64,000 nucleotides of DNA from NCBI GenBank assembly GCA_963847185.1, contig CAWJYV010000010.1, forward strand, positions 224,001 to 288,000, given 5' to 3'. The notes below the pieces were generated by a model. The model made no database searches. It was not told the origin of the DNA and worked only from the letters and a program-made list of their open reading frames with translations. This stretch comes from an uncultured Methanosarcinaceae archaeon (GTDB lineage Archaea > Halobacteriota > Methanosarcinia > Methanosarcinales > Methanosarcinaceae). Positions 19,533 through 29,334 of this stretch are shown piece by piece. The first letter of the stretch is position 1, and each line of letters opens with the position of its first letter. Both the position numbers and the translations under genes were made by a program.

Positions 19533-20156
19533 TTACCTTTTTATTATTTTCATTACCTCAGCAAGATCCTCAGCAATCATCTCTCGTTTTGATTTCTCGA
19601 TCAGGTAATTCTGCCCAGTCTGCACGTATGAAGGAAAAACTCGCTTGCCCTGATAATAAAATTCATTCTTCCTGATTTTGTATGTAGAGCCGGCTGGAAT
19701 AACGTTTTTGCCGCTCTGCCGCTTGCTGATATAGTTAAAAGCCTTTATCGCAACATCTCCCATTAACAGGTAAACCTCAAGATTCGGAAAGAGAGCAAGT
19801 TCTTTTTCCAGCATAAAAGAACAATTCTTGATTGTTACAGCCGAAACCCCGTATTGAATCTTTGCACATTTTACCGCAGTCGTCAGGTAGAATCCAAGGT
19901 CAAGAATTTCCTGCATGCTGCTCACTGAAACTCCTGCGTCATTGAAAGCCTGAAGAGTTGTTTTCAGGTAAAAAGATTCTTCAGCCCCATAGAAGTAATC
20001 TTTCCGATCCTCAGGCGGAGCTTCGGAAATCATGACTGTTTTGATCTTCTCAGGCTGTATGTCCACAGCAGGTACAAAATATCCTCTTTTGTTTATGTCG
20101 GAACAGGGAAAGTCCTTACATTCAATGTACTCAGAAGGTTTCATTTTGAGACTCAC
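19533..20156 (-). CDS. Uracil-DNA glycosylase superfamily protein
   Basis: MISEAPP, YLTTAVKC and LLMGDVA UDG-like motifs. Confidence 0.75.
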   Translation of the reverse strand: MSLKMKPSEYIECKDFPCSDINKRGYFVPAVDIQPEKIKTVMISEAPPEDRKDYFYGAEESFYLKTTLQAFNDAGVSVSSMQEILDLGFYLTTAVKCAKIQYGVSAVTIKNCSFMLEKELALFPNLEVYLLMGDVAIKAFNYISKRQSGKNVIPAGSTYKIRKNEFYYQGKRVFPSYVQTGQNYLIEKSKREMIAEDLAEVMKIIKR

Positions 20157-20482
20157 CTTAATTTGACTCCAGCTTACAGGGAATGATTTTTACAGATAAA
20201 TTTGTTATGTTATTTATCCTGAAAAAATTAAAAGATATGTACAAAAATATTCACAAAAGATACATACAAAAGATATGGGCAAATTCAATTCTAAAACTGG
20301 CGAGTAAAAAAGAATAGGCACAAAAGCAGACCAGCTCGAATAGCTCAAAAATTAGACTTGTTTTCTCTTTCTGAGCAATCTGTATCCTCTGTAACAAGGC
20401 AACAGGGAGAAAACAGCCATAACAAGACACAATCTGGCTGATAATATTGACCGCAGCTGTCCTGCAGACTGTTTGTTTAGCG

Positions 20483-20833
20483 TTAACACACTCCCAGGCC
20501 TTTGAGAAGCTGCTTTAAATCCGCCTTTGAGCTCTCAACAAAGACTCCCCTTGTTCCTGAAATTATTATGGTCCAATCGCCGCCGCTGTACATCCAGTTA
20601 TGCTGAGGTACCCAGTTCATTTTGTAGAGCTCAGTATAAGCGCTAGCCAGAGCATCGAACATCATGTTCACGGCTCCGCAGAATTTAGCGGTCATCCGTG
20701 CCATCTCTTCCGGCATCTCACCTTTTGATTTGTAATCCACAAGTTTTCCTTCGGAACTGAAAATTCCGGCTGCCATTACCCCATCAAATTTCAGAAGCTC
20801 ATCTAAAGATAAATTACATTCCTGTCTGTTCAA
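20483..20833 (-). CDS. DUF2173 family (roadblock/profilin-like) protein
   Basis: LDELLKFDGVMAAGIFSSEGKLVDY...W.P...WMYSGGD; TTG start with GGGGGG upstream. Confidence 0.75.
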   Translation of the reverse strand: MNRQECNLSLDELLKFDGVMAAGIFSSEGKLVDYKSKGEMPEEMARMTAKFCGAVNMMFDALASAYTELYKMNWVPQHNWMYSGGDWTIIISGTRGVFVESSKADLKQLLKGLGVC

Positions 20834-21287
20834 ACCCTAACCCCCCAAATAAGTTAATAATTTCTGGAAATATCCGGAACTGAAGCTTGCAAAGCTTGAG
20901 GGCTTCATGTAAAATTCCCAATATATCCACAGGTTCACAGGCTTTTTTCGTTGTCTGTGTATAAATTGTATTGAGATAATATTATATAAATATATCAAAT
21001 TAAAAGGGGGGAATCGAGTCATATATTAGAAGACCAGTTTTTAGTACCGTAAAAATTTGCAAAACCAGAGATAGAGTCAGTCCACCACTCTGGTATATCT
21101 ACCATTCACTTACTATTGTCCTCTCACCATGTTATTTTAATTGTATAATACTCCTCACCATCATTTGTTCACCAGTATTCGCTTACCAGTCTATTTCACC
21201 AGCACCCGCTCACTGCTATTACTGCATATACGAGAAAATTACAGTATGCACAAAGCTATTATAAAGTCTGACTTACACTAAAATCTC

Positions 21288-21893
21288 ATGAAAAGATGGC
21301 CCTTAAATTCGAAAACTTCGGAAAAAGCATATCCCGAAAAAACAATCCTTGAGAAGACAAATTCAAAAAAACCGCAGGCAAAAATCCCGCAGAAAGGAGA
21401 AGCCGGTTCTTTTTGGGAAGACAGGGGTGACAGATACCACTGCGGGGTTGACCTTTATATCCAAGAAAACACTGAAGTTCTTTCGATCGAAGAAGGGATT
21501 GTTGTGGAAACCGGGCTGATGACCTCTCCTGAGATTTTGCCTTACTGGAACACAACATATTATACAATTATCGAACATAGCCAGGGGTTCTGTAAATATG
21601 GAGAGCTTTCAGGTTTTGCTATCAGAAAAGGTGACAGCATAGAATCCGGACAGCTGATAGGATACGTGGGAACAGTCCTCAATTCCGAAAAAATAAACGA
21701 GTCCTGCCCTTATTATATTCAGAAACTGAAGCATAAAAATCCAAGCATGCTCCATTTTGAGCTATGGGAAAACAGACCCATTACTACTCACAAAAATTAT
21801 CTAGGGGGAAACTGGTTTTCAGAAGAGAAGCCTGAAAACTTAATGGATCCTACAAGGCTGCTGGAGTCCCTATATCTGAAATCCCTATTGTAA
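21288..21893 (+). CDS. M23 family metallopeptidase-like protein
   Basis: HCGVDL (HxxxD), IRKGDSIESGQLIGYVG and MLHFEL. Confidence 0.85.
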   Translation: MKRWPLNSKTSEKAYPEKTILEKTNSKKPQAKIPQKGEAGSFWEDRGDRYHCGVDLYIQENTEVLSIEEGIVVETGLMTSPEILPYWNTTYYTIIEHSQGFCKYGELSGFAIRKGDSIESGQLIGYVGTVLNSEKINESCPYYIQKLKHKNPSMLHFELWENRPITTHKNYLGGNWFSEEKPENLMDPTRLLESLYLKSLL

Positions 21894-21895
21894 TA

Positions 21896-22028
21896 GAGCT
21901 TCATCCCAAAAACAGTTTTGTCCTCGTTTCAATAAGGATTTCAGAACTTATTTTCAGGATCAGGAATTTTATTGATTGTACCTAAATTAGAACTTAAGAG
22001 GATCAATTTTGAGTTTTGGGATTAGCTC
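21896..22028. mobile_element. MITE-like repeat family B (about 133 bp)
   Basis: Terminal inverted repeats GAGCTTCATCCCAAAA ... TTTTGGGATTAGCTC; lies between convergent genes. Confidence 0.7.
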
Positions 22029-22069
22029 AATAATAGAGAATATAAGATCAGCAGCAGAGGTCTGGTTTT

Positions 22070-23611
22070 TCAATACACGTGCATAGAATATCTGTATACT
22101 TCAAAACCCTGCTGATCGAAATCTTCAGAAAGTAGAGGGTATCTACTGTAGTTTCCGGTAATGTCATTCTTTAAAGCAGCCCGGACAGAAAATACAATTT
22201 CCTCAGATTCGTTATTTGGTGTTATTGTTATATTCAGGGTCTCTTCCTGTTCCTTAAACCATTCGTATTTAACAAGCTCTACGGATGGATATTGTGCAGA
22301 CATTTCTCCGTCTTTTCCCTGGATTAAATTCCCTTCGGAATAAACTTTGATATTGCTACCTGTTCCTTCTACACTTTTTATATTCTTTCCTTCAGGGAAA
22401 GAAACCCATATATAGCCTTCACTTGTGTGTGCTCCCACATTTTTTACGCTTACCGAAATATTTGCAGCTCCCTCTCTAGAGATTTCACTGACAGAGTTAG
22501 CTTTAACGCTGGTAATTTTCGGGAGGGGAGAAATAGCAAATGCAGGTGTAAGTTTTATTATAGCAATATCTGAATTATTAATTGCAGAATTATCCGAATT
22601 ATTCTGGGCGTTATTTGCCGTAAAAACTATTTTTAGTCCATCCGGGCTCCATTTAGGGATAGAATCAGCTATTCCAATATCATCGGTAAGTCTGGTCCTG
22701 TATCTTCCTTCAATATCCATTATCCAGATTTCAGGTTTTCCTCCTTCATCCGATAAATACACTAGTTTCTTCCCATCAGGGCTAAATGAAGGATTCCATT
22801 CACCATATGCTGTGTCTGTTAGTTGAGTCTGATTTGTGCCATACCAGTCTATTACCCACAGATCATCTTTTTCTTGAGAATCTTTAGCACTGTACAGGAC
22901 TCTCAGCCCAAGAGGACACCAGTCCTTTCCCACTCCAATGTTTTCGGAGGTACCCAAGCGAATGCTATTTGTTCCTTCTCTATCAATTCTCCATAGCTCA
23001 GAAGGAGCATCTTTGGATTCCTGAGTGTACACTATTTTTCGTCCCAGACGACACCATGCACCCCAGCCTTCGGATTTATTGTTATCATCTTCAACACGGA
23101 CCACATTTCCATTTTCCAGATTTACAAGGTATAGACCAGATTGAGACTCAATTGATTTGGTTATAATTAACTCTGTTCCATTGGGGTTTATATCGTTAAA
23201 ACCAATAAGATTCCCTTCTCCGACACCTGTCCGCTCTATTTCGCTTCCATCTGTTTTCATTCTATATGAATCAAAACTGCCGGACTCATTTTTTACAGTG
23301 TACATAATATAATTTCCATCTGGAGTCCACACTGGAAACAATTCTGATTCGGTGCTGTTGGTCAAAAAAGTGATTCCTTCTACAAGGCCTTCTGCAGAAA
23401 CTTCCTCTCCAGAGTTTGCAACTTCTCCTGCTGCAACACAACCCAATCCTGTATTTGAGTTAAAATAATAAGAAGAATTCTGTGTTTCGTTCCATTCCGG
23501 TTCCACAGTATTATTGTCATATCCAGAGACTGGATCCGGGTCTGCTAACGCAGGTAAAACAAGAAGCATGAAAGATAGTAATAGAGATAAGCATCTGGAT
23601 TTTACTCTCAT
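22070..23611 (-). CDS. Secreted TolB-like (PD40) beta-propeller protein
   Basis: Signal peptide; repeated PVWTPDG / PSFSPDG / PKWSPDG units; Ig-like C-terminus. Confidence 0.85.
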   Translation of the reverse strand: MRVKSRCLSLLLSFMLLVLPALADPDPVSGYDNNTVEPEWNETQNSSYYFNSNTGLGCVAAGEVANSGEEVSAEGLVEGITFLTNSTESELFPVWTPDGNYIMYTVKNESGSFDSYRMKTDGSEIERTGVGEGNLIGFNDINPNGTELIITKSIESQSGLYLVNLENGNVVRVEDDNNKSEGWGAWCRLGRKIVYTQESKDAPSELWRIDREGTNSIRLGTSENIGVGKDWCPLGLRVLYSAKDSQEKDDLWVIDWYGTNQTQLTDTAYGEWNPSFSPDGKKLVYLSDEGGKPEIWIMDIEGRYRTRLTDDIGIADSIPKWSPDGLKIVFTANNAQNNSDNSAINNSDIAIIKLTPAFAISPLPKITSVKANSVSEISREGAANISVSVKNVGAHTSEGYIWVSFPEGKNIKSVEGTGSNIKVYSEGNLIQGKDGEMSAQYPSVELVKYEWFKEQEETLNITITPNNESEEIVFSVRAALKNDITGNYSRYPLLSEDFDQQGFEVYRYSMHVY

Positions 23612-23959
23612 TGGTTATCACCGTTAACTTAGAAAACTTAATTTTATAAATATATACGATGAATTATATAGTCTATAGAAACTTCAGTCCACATTATGTA
23701 TCTTTAACTAAACTCAGAAATTATGTTTATAGAATTGAATATCAAAACTACCTTGGCTGTAAACCTACTGAGTAGATATCTCAAGAAGAAATCCAAAAAT
23801 TAAAGATTGTTTTTACCCGGAAAAAAAACAAATTGGGGTAAAGATATACTTAAACAAATTTCTTTACTTTGTTTTTTTATTATTACAACCTGCTCTGAGC
23901 TCTTCAGCTGCCTTTTAAGCTACGCTCAAGCTGCTTTTAAGCTACTTTTTAGCCACTTC

Positions 23960-24709
23960 TTAAGCTGCGTTATATCCCTCAGCCAGGTTTGTGTTTACAT
24001 ACACTACAGCTTCATTAGTGTGTTTGTATGCATAGTCGTCAGTGATTTCAGGCAGTTTATCGGCCTCTTCCTGAGAAGTTATAGTTTTACCTGCAGGAAT
24101 ATACTTGCCGTCAGGAATTGTTACGCCAATTACTGCTGATGTCGGCTCAAGTACACAGTTATTTCCAACTTTTGCCTTGAAAACAAAAGCCTGCATACCG
24201 ATGAAAGTATTGTTTCCTACTAAAGCCGGGCCGTGAACCTGGGACTGGTGGGCAAGAGAAACATTTTCTCCGATATAAACGGCATATTTCTTCCCCTCAA
24301 CCTCAACAAGGTTCTTTTCTATGGGTTCGCCTTCCTCATCGATAGTCTCAAGGGCATGAAGAACAACTCCATCCTGGATATTGCTGTTATTACCAACGAA
24401 AATTGGCATTCCTTCATCACTCCGAACAGACGCCATAGGAGAAATCATCACATGGGCACCTATTGTCACTTTCCCTATAACCGATGCCTGTGGGTGAACA
24501 TAGGCTGTAGGGTCAATCACAGGTTCTGTAGATTCTGGATTCCAGGGCGTTATCGGGTTTGCCATGATATTTAAAAACCCGCTCTCATTGGTTGCTTCTG
24601 CATTTCCTGCTTCGGCCCCTTCGCCCTGGGAAACACACCCGCTCACGGCAAGGGACATTAAAAGGGACAAAATAAGGATTATAAAGACCTGCTTTTTGAG
24701 TTTCATCAA
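23960..24709 (-). CDS. cam: Gamma-class carbonic anhydrase Cam (secreted, lipoprotein-like leader)
   Basis: NPITPWNP..PVIDPTAY, ASVRSDEGMPIFVG; metal ligands in VLHALE and LAHQSQVHG; hexapeptide repeats; AVSGC leader. Confidence 0.93.
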   Translation of the reverse strand: MMKLKKQVFIILILSLLMSLAVSGCVSQGEGAEAGNAEATNESGFLNIMANPITPWNPESTEPVIDPTAYVHPQASVIGKVTIGAHVMISPMASVRSDEGMPIFVGNNSNIQDGVVLHALETIDEEGEPIEKNLVEVEGKKYAVYIGENVSLAHQSQVHGPALVGNNTFIGMQAFVFKAKVGNNCVLEPTSAVIGVTIPDGKYIPAGKTITSQEEADKLPEITDDYAYKHTNEAVVYVNTNLAEGYNAA

Positions 24710-24924
24710 CGTCCTCCTTTGACAGTGTAAAGATTATAAATTATATAGACGTTTCTATTTTTATTTGAAAAAAGTGAAAAAAATAAAAATCAAAAAATAC
24801 TGGACATAAAATATATATAAAAAATCGGGCTTCTCCCGCAAAATATCAATTCTAATGTTTTTTACTATATAACATATAATCTGTAATATATAATAAATTC
24901 AAAAAAATCTTATATTTAAAAGAT

Positions 24925-25635
24925 ATGGATTATGTCATGGCATCTATATTTCTAATCACCTGGGAATCCATAGTTACAGACCTGCCTGTTTTTGCAGTTA
25001 TTATAGTCTGGAACTTATTTGTCCTCCTATTTCTATCAAAAAAAATATATCAATACGCTTTAAAAAAGGGAAGGTCGATTAACTCTTCAATATATTTTTC
25101 AAGAAAAGCAATCCATTTCTTCGCGGGTGGATTGACTGCAATGCTACTTCCTTTTGTTGCCCATGAACCTATTCTACCAGCTGCAACTGCTTTTGGGCTT
25201 GCTTTCATGACATATCTGCCTCACAAACTTAACAGGAGAATGTACTGGTTTCAAGATCCTGAAAATATCTATGATGTTGATTTTACCTTAAGCTGGGGAT
25301 TGATAATTCTTTTTACATGGTATATTGACAGTAGTTTCTGGCTTGGAGTGGTTCCAGTGCTCTTCATGGCATATGGGGACGGAATTACGGGAGTAATAAG
25401 GAATCTTAAATATAACAAAAGAACAAAAGCATGGGAAGGCACTGCAGGCATGCTCGCGTTCTGCATAATTATCGGTGCAAAAATGGGGTTTGCCGGGATT
25501 TTTGCAGGAATATTGTGTTCACTTGTGGAACGAATAGAGAATATAGATGACAATATCACAGTGCCAATAACTGGTCTGTTAATCCTGCTCGCTGCTCACT
25601 ATTATTTCCCTTCTTTAACTGTTTCTCTTTATTAA
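24925..25635 (+). CDS. Dolichol kinase / phosphatidate cytidylyltransferase-like membrane protein
   Basis: SRKAIH, MAYGDGITG, TKAWEGT and DDNITVP. Confidence 0.8.
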   Translation: MDYVMASIFLITWESIVTDLPVFAVIIVWNLFVLLFLSKKIYQYALKKGRSINSSIYFSRKAIHFFAGGLTAMLLPFVAHEPILPAATAFGLAFMTYLPHKLNRRMYWFQDPENIYDVDFTLSWGLIILFTWYIDSSFWLGVVPVLFMAYGDGITGVIRNLKYNKRTKAWEGTAGMLAFCIIIGAKMGFAGIFAGILCSLVERIENIDDNITVPITGLLILLAAHYYFPSLTVSLY

Positions 25636-25917
25636 TATTTGATCAAATAGAAATTTTCAGGCTATCCCTATTTCTCAATTATTTTCCTCTTTCTAATTTT
25701 TCTCTTTAAATTTACCCTTTTTAAATTTTCTCTTTCCAATTTTCTATTTTGATATTATTTCATCTTTGCACATTTTATATGTACGGCAACAACATAGTAA
25801 AAGTTTTTATACTCTCTGAGGATATACATTTAAACTAAACACATTATGTATGGGGATTTTACTAGATGAATTAAAATTTTCTGAAAGATTTTTTGACCTG
25901 AGGGGGGTTGAAGGTAA

Positions 25918-27300
25918 TTGGATGAAAATACAAAAAATCTTGTAAAGAAATTGGAGCGTTCTGTTTTTGCAGGAAGCAGAATAACTGCTGCAGAAGAACT
26001 TGGAAAAACAGGGGGCTTAGATGCTTTACCTGCCCTTATTGAGGCCCTGGAAGACTCAAATCCCAGGGTAAGGGTTGCAGTTGCAGAAGCTCTGGGTAAC
26101 ATCAATTCAAAGGAAGCTGTTCCAGGCCTAATAATAGTTCTTGAGGATCCTGAAAGTTTCGTTAAAAAGACTGCAATTAGTTCCCTTGAAAAAATAGGTA
26201 CATCTGAGGCAATCTCAGGTATTGTAAAAGGACTTAGTGACCCTGATAAGTTTGTCCAGAAGGAGGCAGTAAAATCTCTAATGCGAATCGGATCAAGAGG
26301 TTCCACAGAAGCTGTCTACTGTCTTGAGAAAGTCCTTAATTCTTCGAATACCTCTTTGAAAAAGAGTTCAATAATAGCTCTTGGAAAAATCGATACTTAT
26401 GAAGCTGCTCTAAGTCTGACAAAAGCTATTAAAGATTCGGATAACAAGGTAAGGCAGTTAGCAGTCGAAACTCTCGGAAAGAGAGGTAAATCTGATGTGT
26501 TTGAAGAATTGTTTAGAATTCTTGGGGATTCCAGAGGGCCTGCACAGGAAGCTGCATCAGAAGCTCTCTGTAGAATCATAAGTGTGTCAACTTCATTATC
26601 TGTTCTCATAAGGGCACTGGAAGTGCCCGACAAGGATGTAAGAAAAGCTTCGATTGAAACTCTCTGGAAGATAGGTACGCCTGAAGCAGTTTCAGGACTT
26701 TTGCAAGCTCTCAATGATGAAGACTGGTATTTAAGAAGCCGTTCAGCAGATGCCCTTGTGAATATTGGTTCACCTGAGGCAGCTCTGGGACTGGTTAGAA
26801 TTTTCAGTACCAGTGAGAGCTCCTTTAAGAAATCAATAATTTGTGCTCTTGGGAAATTTGGGATACCCGAAGCTGTTGACGGCCTGATAAAATCCCTTGA
26901 GGATCCTGACAGTTTAGTCAGGGAAACTGCAGTGGTGAACCTTGGAAAAGCAGGAACTTCTGAGGCTGTCTCAGGCATTTTGCTGGCTCTTCATGATGCC
27001 AAAAGCACAGTAAGAGAAACCGCAGTTATAGTTCTTGGAGATATTAAAGCACAGGAAGCTGTCCCGGAGCTTATTTCTATCCTTGAGGGTGCCGACTGTT
27101 CAATACAAAAAGCTGCGATTTCTTCACTTGAGAAGATAGGTACACCAGAAGCAATCTCAGGACTCTTCAGAGCTACTGAAAATCCAGACCTTCCTGTACG
27201 AAAAGCTGCATTAAAAGCCCTCGAAAAAATTAGTAAATCAAGTCCGTCACCAGTAAAAATTCTCGGGAAAATTGAACTCCATGATCAATACCTATCTTGA
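25918..27300 (+). CDS. HEAT/PBS-lyase repeat protein
   Basis: About 31-aa repeats of the form L..ALED.D..VR..A...LG.IG..EAV. Confidence 0.92.
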   Translation: MDENTKNLVKKLERSVFAGSRITAAEELGKTGGLDALPALIEALEDSNPRVRVAVAEALGNINSKEAVPGLIIVLEDPESFVKKTAISSLEKIGTSEAISGIVKGLSDPDKFVQKEAVKSLMRIGSRGSTEAVYCLEKVLNSSNTSLKKSSIIALGKIDTYEAALSLTKAIKDSDNKVRQLAVETLGKRGKSDVFEELFRILGDSRGPAQEAASEALCRIISVSTSLSVLIRALEVPDKDVRKASIETLWKIGTPEAVSGLLQALNDEDWYLRSRSADALVNIGSPEAALGLVRIFSTSESSFKKSIICALGKFGIPEAVDGLIKSLEDPDSLVRETAVVNLGKAGTSEAVSGILLALHDAKSTVRETAVIVLGDIKAQEAVPELISILEGADCSIQKAAISSLEKIGTPEAISGLFRATENPDLPVRKAALKALEKISKSSPSPVKILGKIELHDQYLS

Positions 27301-27361
27301 AGACCTATCTTAAATCCAATATTCCACAGTATTTTTTTCGAAAATCAATAATTTTTGGCAA

Positions 27362-27464
27362 GGGATATGAGTTATTGATCAAGTCTGAAAAAACAAGTAT
27401 GCTTTCCGACATATTGGGAAAATATGGAGATTCTTATGCTTGCAGTTTTCAAAGACTCACTCCC
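27362..27464. mobile_element. MITE-like repeat family A, copy 2
   Basis: GGGATATGAGTTATTGATCAAGTC...GGAGATTCTTATGCTTGCAGTTTTCAAAGACTCAC. Confidence 0.7.
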
Positions 27465-27893
27465 ATTACCCATTTACGAGATTCAGCAAAATCAACAAAA
27501 AATATTATCTGGCCGTCCATCTGAAGTTTCAACTAAAGAGCAAAAATTTCCTGTCCCGAGGTAGCTGGCAAATATACTGAATCTCTTCATGAAAAGCTTC
27601 ACAGCGCTCAGGCTGATACTGAGAAAATGAGTCCTGTTTAGAAGATAAGTCCTCTTGCTTTGCTAGCCTTTAGAATAGGTTAATTTAGAGATATTATTAT
27701 TCCCAGGAGACTTACTGTAAGAGCAAGAATTGTTATAAAAACAATTAAAGCCGAACTTTCATTTTCAAACTCTGTGTTGTTCTTATAGTCCATGATACTA
27801 TTATACGCAACTACAGATTAAAACTTTTGTGAGTTTTAATGTATGAAAGTGAGGTTAAGTATCTTTTCTGAACTTTTCCAAACCTGAATTTTT

Positions 27894-29243
27894 TTAGTTT
27901 CCTGCCCTTTTCAAGGCTTTTTCAAACTTCTCAAGTCCGAGGTCAACTTCTTCATCTGTTATTACCAGCGGTGGGGAAAAACGGACTACAGAATCCCCGC
28001 AGGGGAGGAGTAGAATTCCTTCTTTAAAGGCTTCCCTGAGAATTTCATCCCTTCTTAAGGGATCTGTCGATTTGTCGGGTTTTACGATTTCAACGCCTAT
28101 CATGAGACCGAGCCCGCGTACATCTCCAATGAAGGGGAAGCTTTCCTGAAGTTCTCTGAGGTGCTGCCTGATCTGGGATCCCAGCTCTTTCACTCTGTTT
28201 TTCATGTTCTCCTTTTCGAGAAGTTCCAGGGAGGCAAGAGATGCAGCTGAGGCCAGGAGATTTCCCCCAAAAGTGTTAGAATGGACTCCAGGCGGCCAGT
28301 TCATAAGTTCGCTGTCTGAAAGCATTGCGCCCAATGGAAGACCTGCTCCTAGGGCTTTTGCAAGGCAGGAGATTTCGGCCCTGATCCCAAAATTCTCCAT
28401 GGCAAGGAAAGGGCCAGTTCGGAAACAGCCTGTCTGAACTTCATCGGCTACAAGAAGAACATCGTTATCTGTACAGATCCTTCTTACTTCTTCATGAAAC
28501 TCTACAGGAGGGACAATATAACCACCTTCCCCCTGGACCGGTTCGATAAAAACTGCGGCAGTATCCTCAGGGCTCAGTTCCCGCTTGAAGATCAGATTTT
28601 CAATCTCTTTTGCACACTCCACCCCACAGGAAGGATGTTCGAGTTTTAGAGGGCAGCGGTAGCAGTAGGCATAAGGGGAATGAACTGTGCGGATTGCAGG
28701 GAAATGTTCTTTTTGCCTGATTTTTGAACAGGTAAGGGATAAGGAGCCAAGAGTACGGCCGTGAAAGGCATTATAAAATGAAATAAAGTTCTGCCTCTTG
28801 GTTTTCCAGGAAGCAAGCTTGATTGCCGCTTCCACGGCTTCGGTTCCGCTATTGCAGTAAAAGACCTTCGAATAACCTGAAAGTTCTTTCAGTTTATTTG
28901 CAAGTTTTACCGGCGGCTCAGCAAAAAAATCTCCATACCCGCAGTGGGTTATTTTTTCTAGCTGGGCCGAAACAGCAGTTATTACCTCAGGATTGGAATA
29001 ACCTGCATTCATAACGGCAATGCCTGCAATAAAATCGATATATTCTCTGCCGTCAACATCCTTGATTATGGAGCCCTTTGCCCTGTCTACGACAAGCGGA
29101 TAGGGGCGGGCAACGCAGGCAGATACGGTATTACAGTCCTGCTCTATAATTTTCCTGGCTTTAGGGCCGATGATATCAAGCAGTCCGATATTCTGTGCGA
29201 AGAAATCAAGATCATTTGCCTGATTATCCTCTTGATTTTCCAT
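27894..29243 (-). CDS. Class III PLP aminotransferase (4-aminobutyrate/ornithine-type)
   Basis: NSGTEAVEAAIK, FHGRT, EPVQGEGG, DEVQTG and TFGGN. Confidence 0.93.
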   Translation of the reverse strand: MENQEDNQANDLDFFAQNIGLLDIIGPKARKIIEQDCNTVSACVARPYPLVVDRAKGSIIKDVDGREYIDFIAGIAVMNAGYSNPEVITAVSAQLEKITHCGYGDFFAEPPVKLANKLKELSGYSKVFYCNSGTEAVEAAIKLASWKTKRQNFISFYNAFHGRTLGSLSLTCSKIRQKEHFPAIRTVHSPYAYCYRCPLKLEHPSCGVECAKEIENLIFKRELSPEDTAAVFIEPVQGEGGYIVPPVEFHEEVRRICTDNDVLLVADEVQTGCFRTGPFLAMENFGIRAEISCLAKALGAGLPLGAMLSDSELMNWPPGVHSNTFGGNLLASAASLASLELLEKENMKNRVKELGSQIRQHLRELQESFPFIGDVRGLGLMIGVEIVKPDKSTDPLRRDEILREAFKEGILLLPCGDSVVRFSPPLVITDEEVDLGLEKFEKALKRAGN

Positions 29244-29334
29244 CCTTCTTACCTTTCCTATACTTTTAATTTTCCTGACCAGACTACATTCTCAATTTTC
29301 TTTATCCATAATATGCTTTTCCCAAACTTCTAAT

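Noticed and set aside
27297-27524. 75-aa ORF after the HEAT gene
   Set aside because: Spans MITE-like copy 2; probably spurious.
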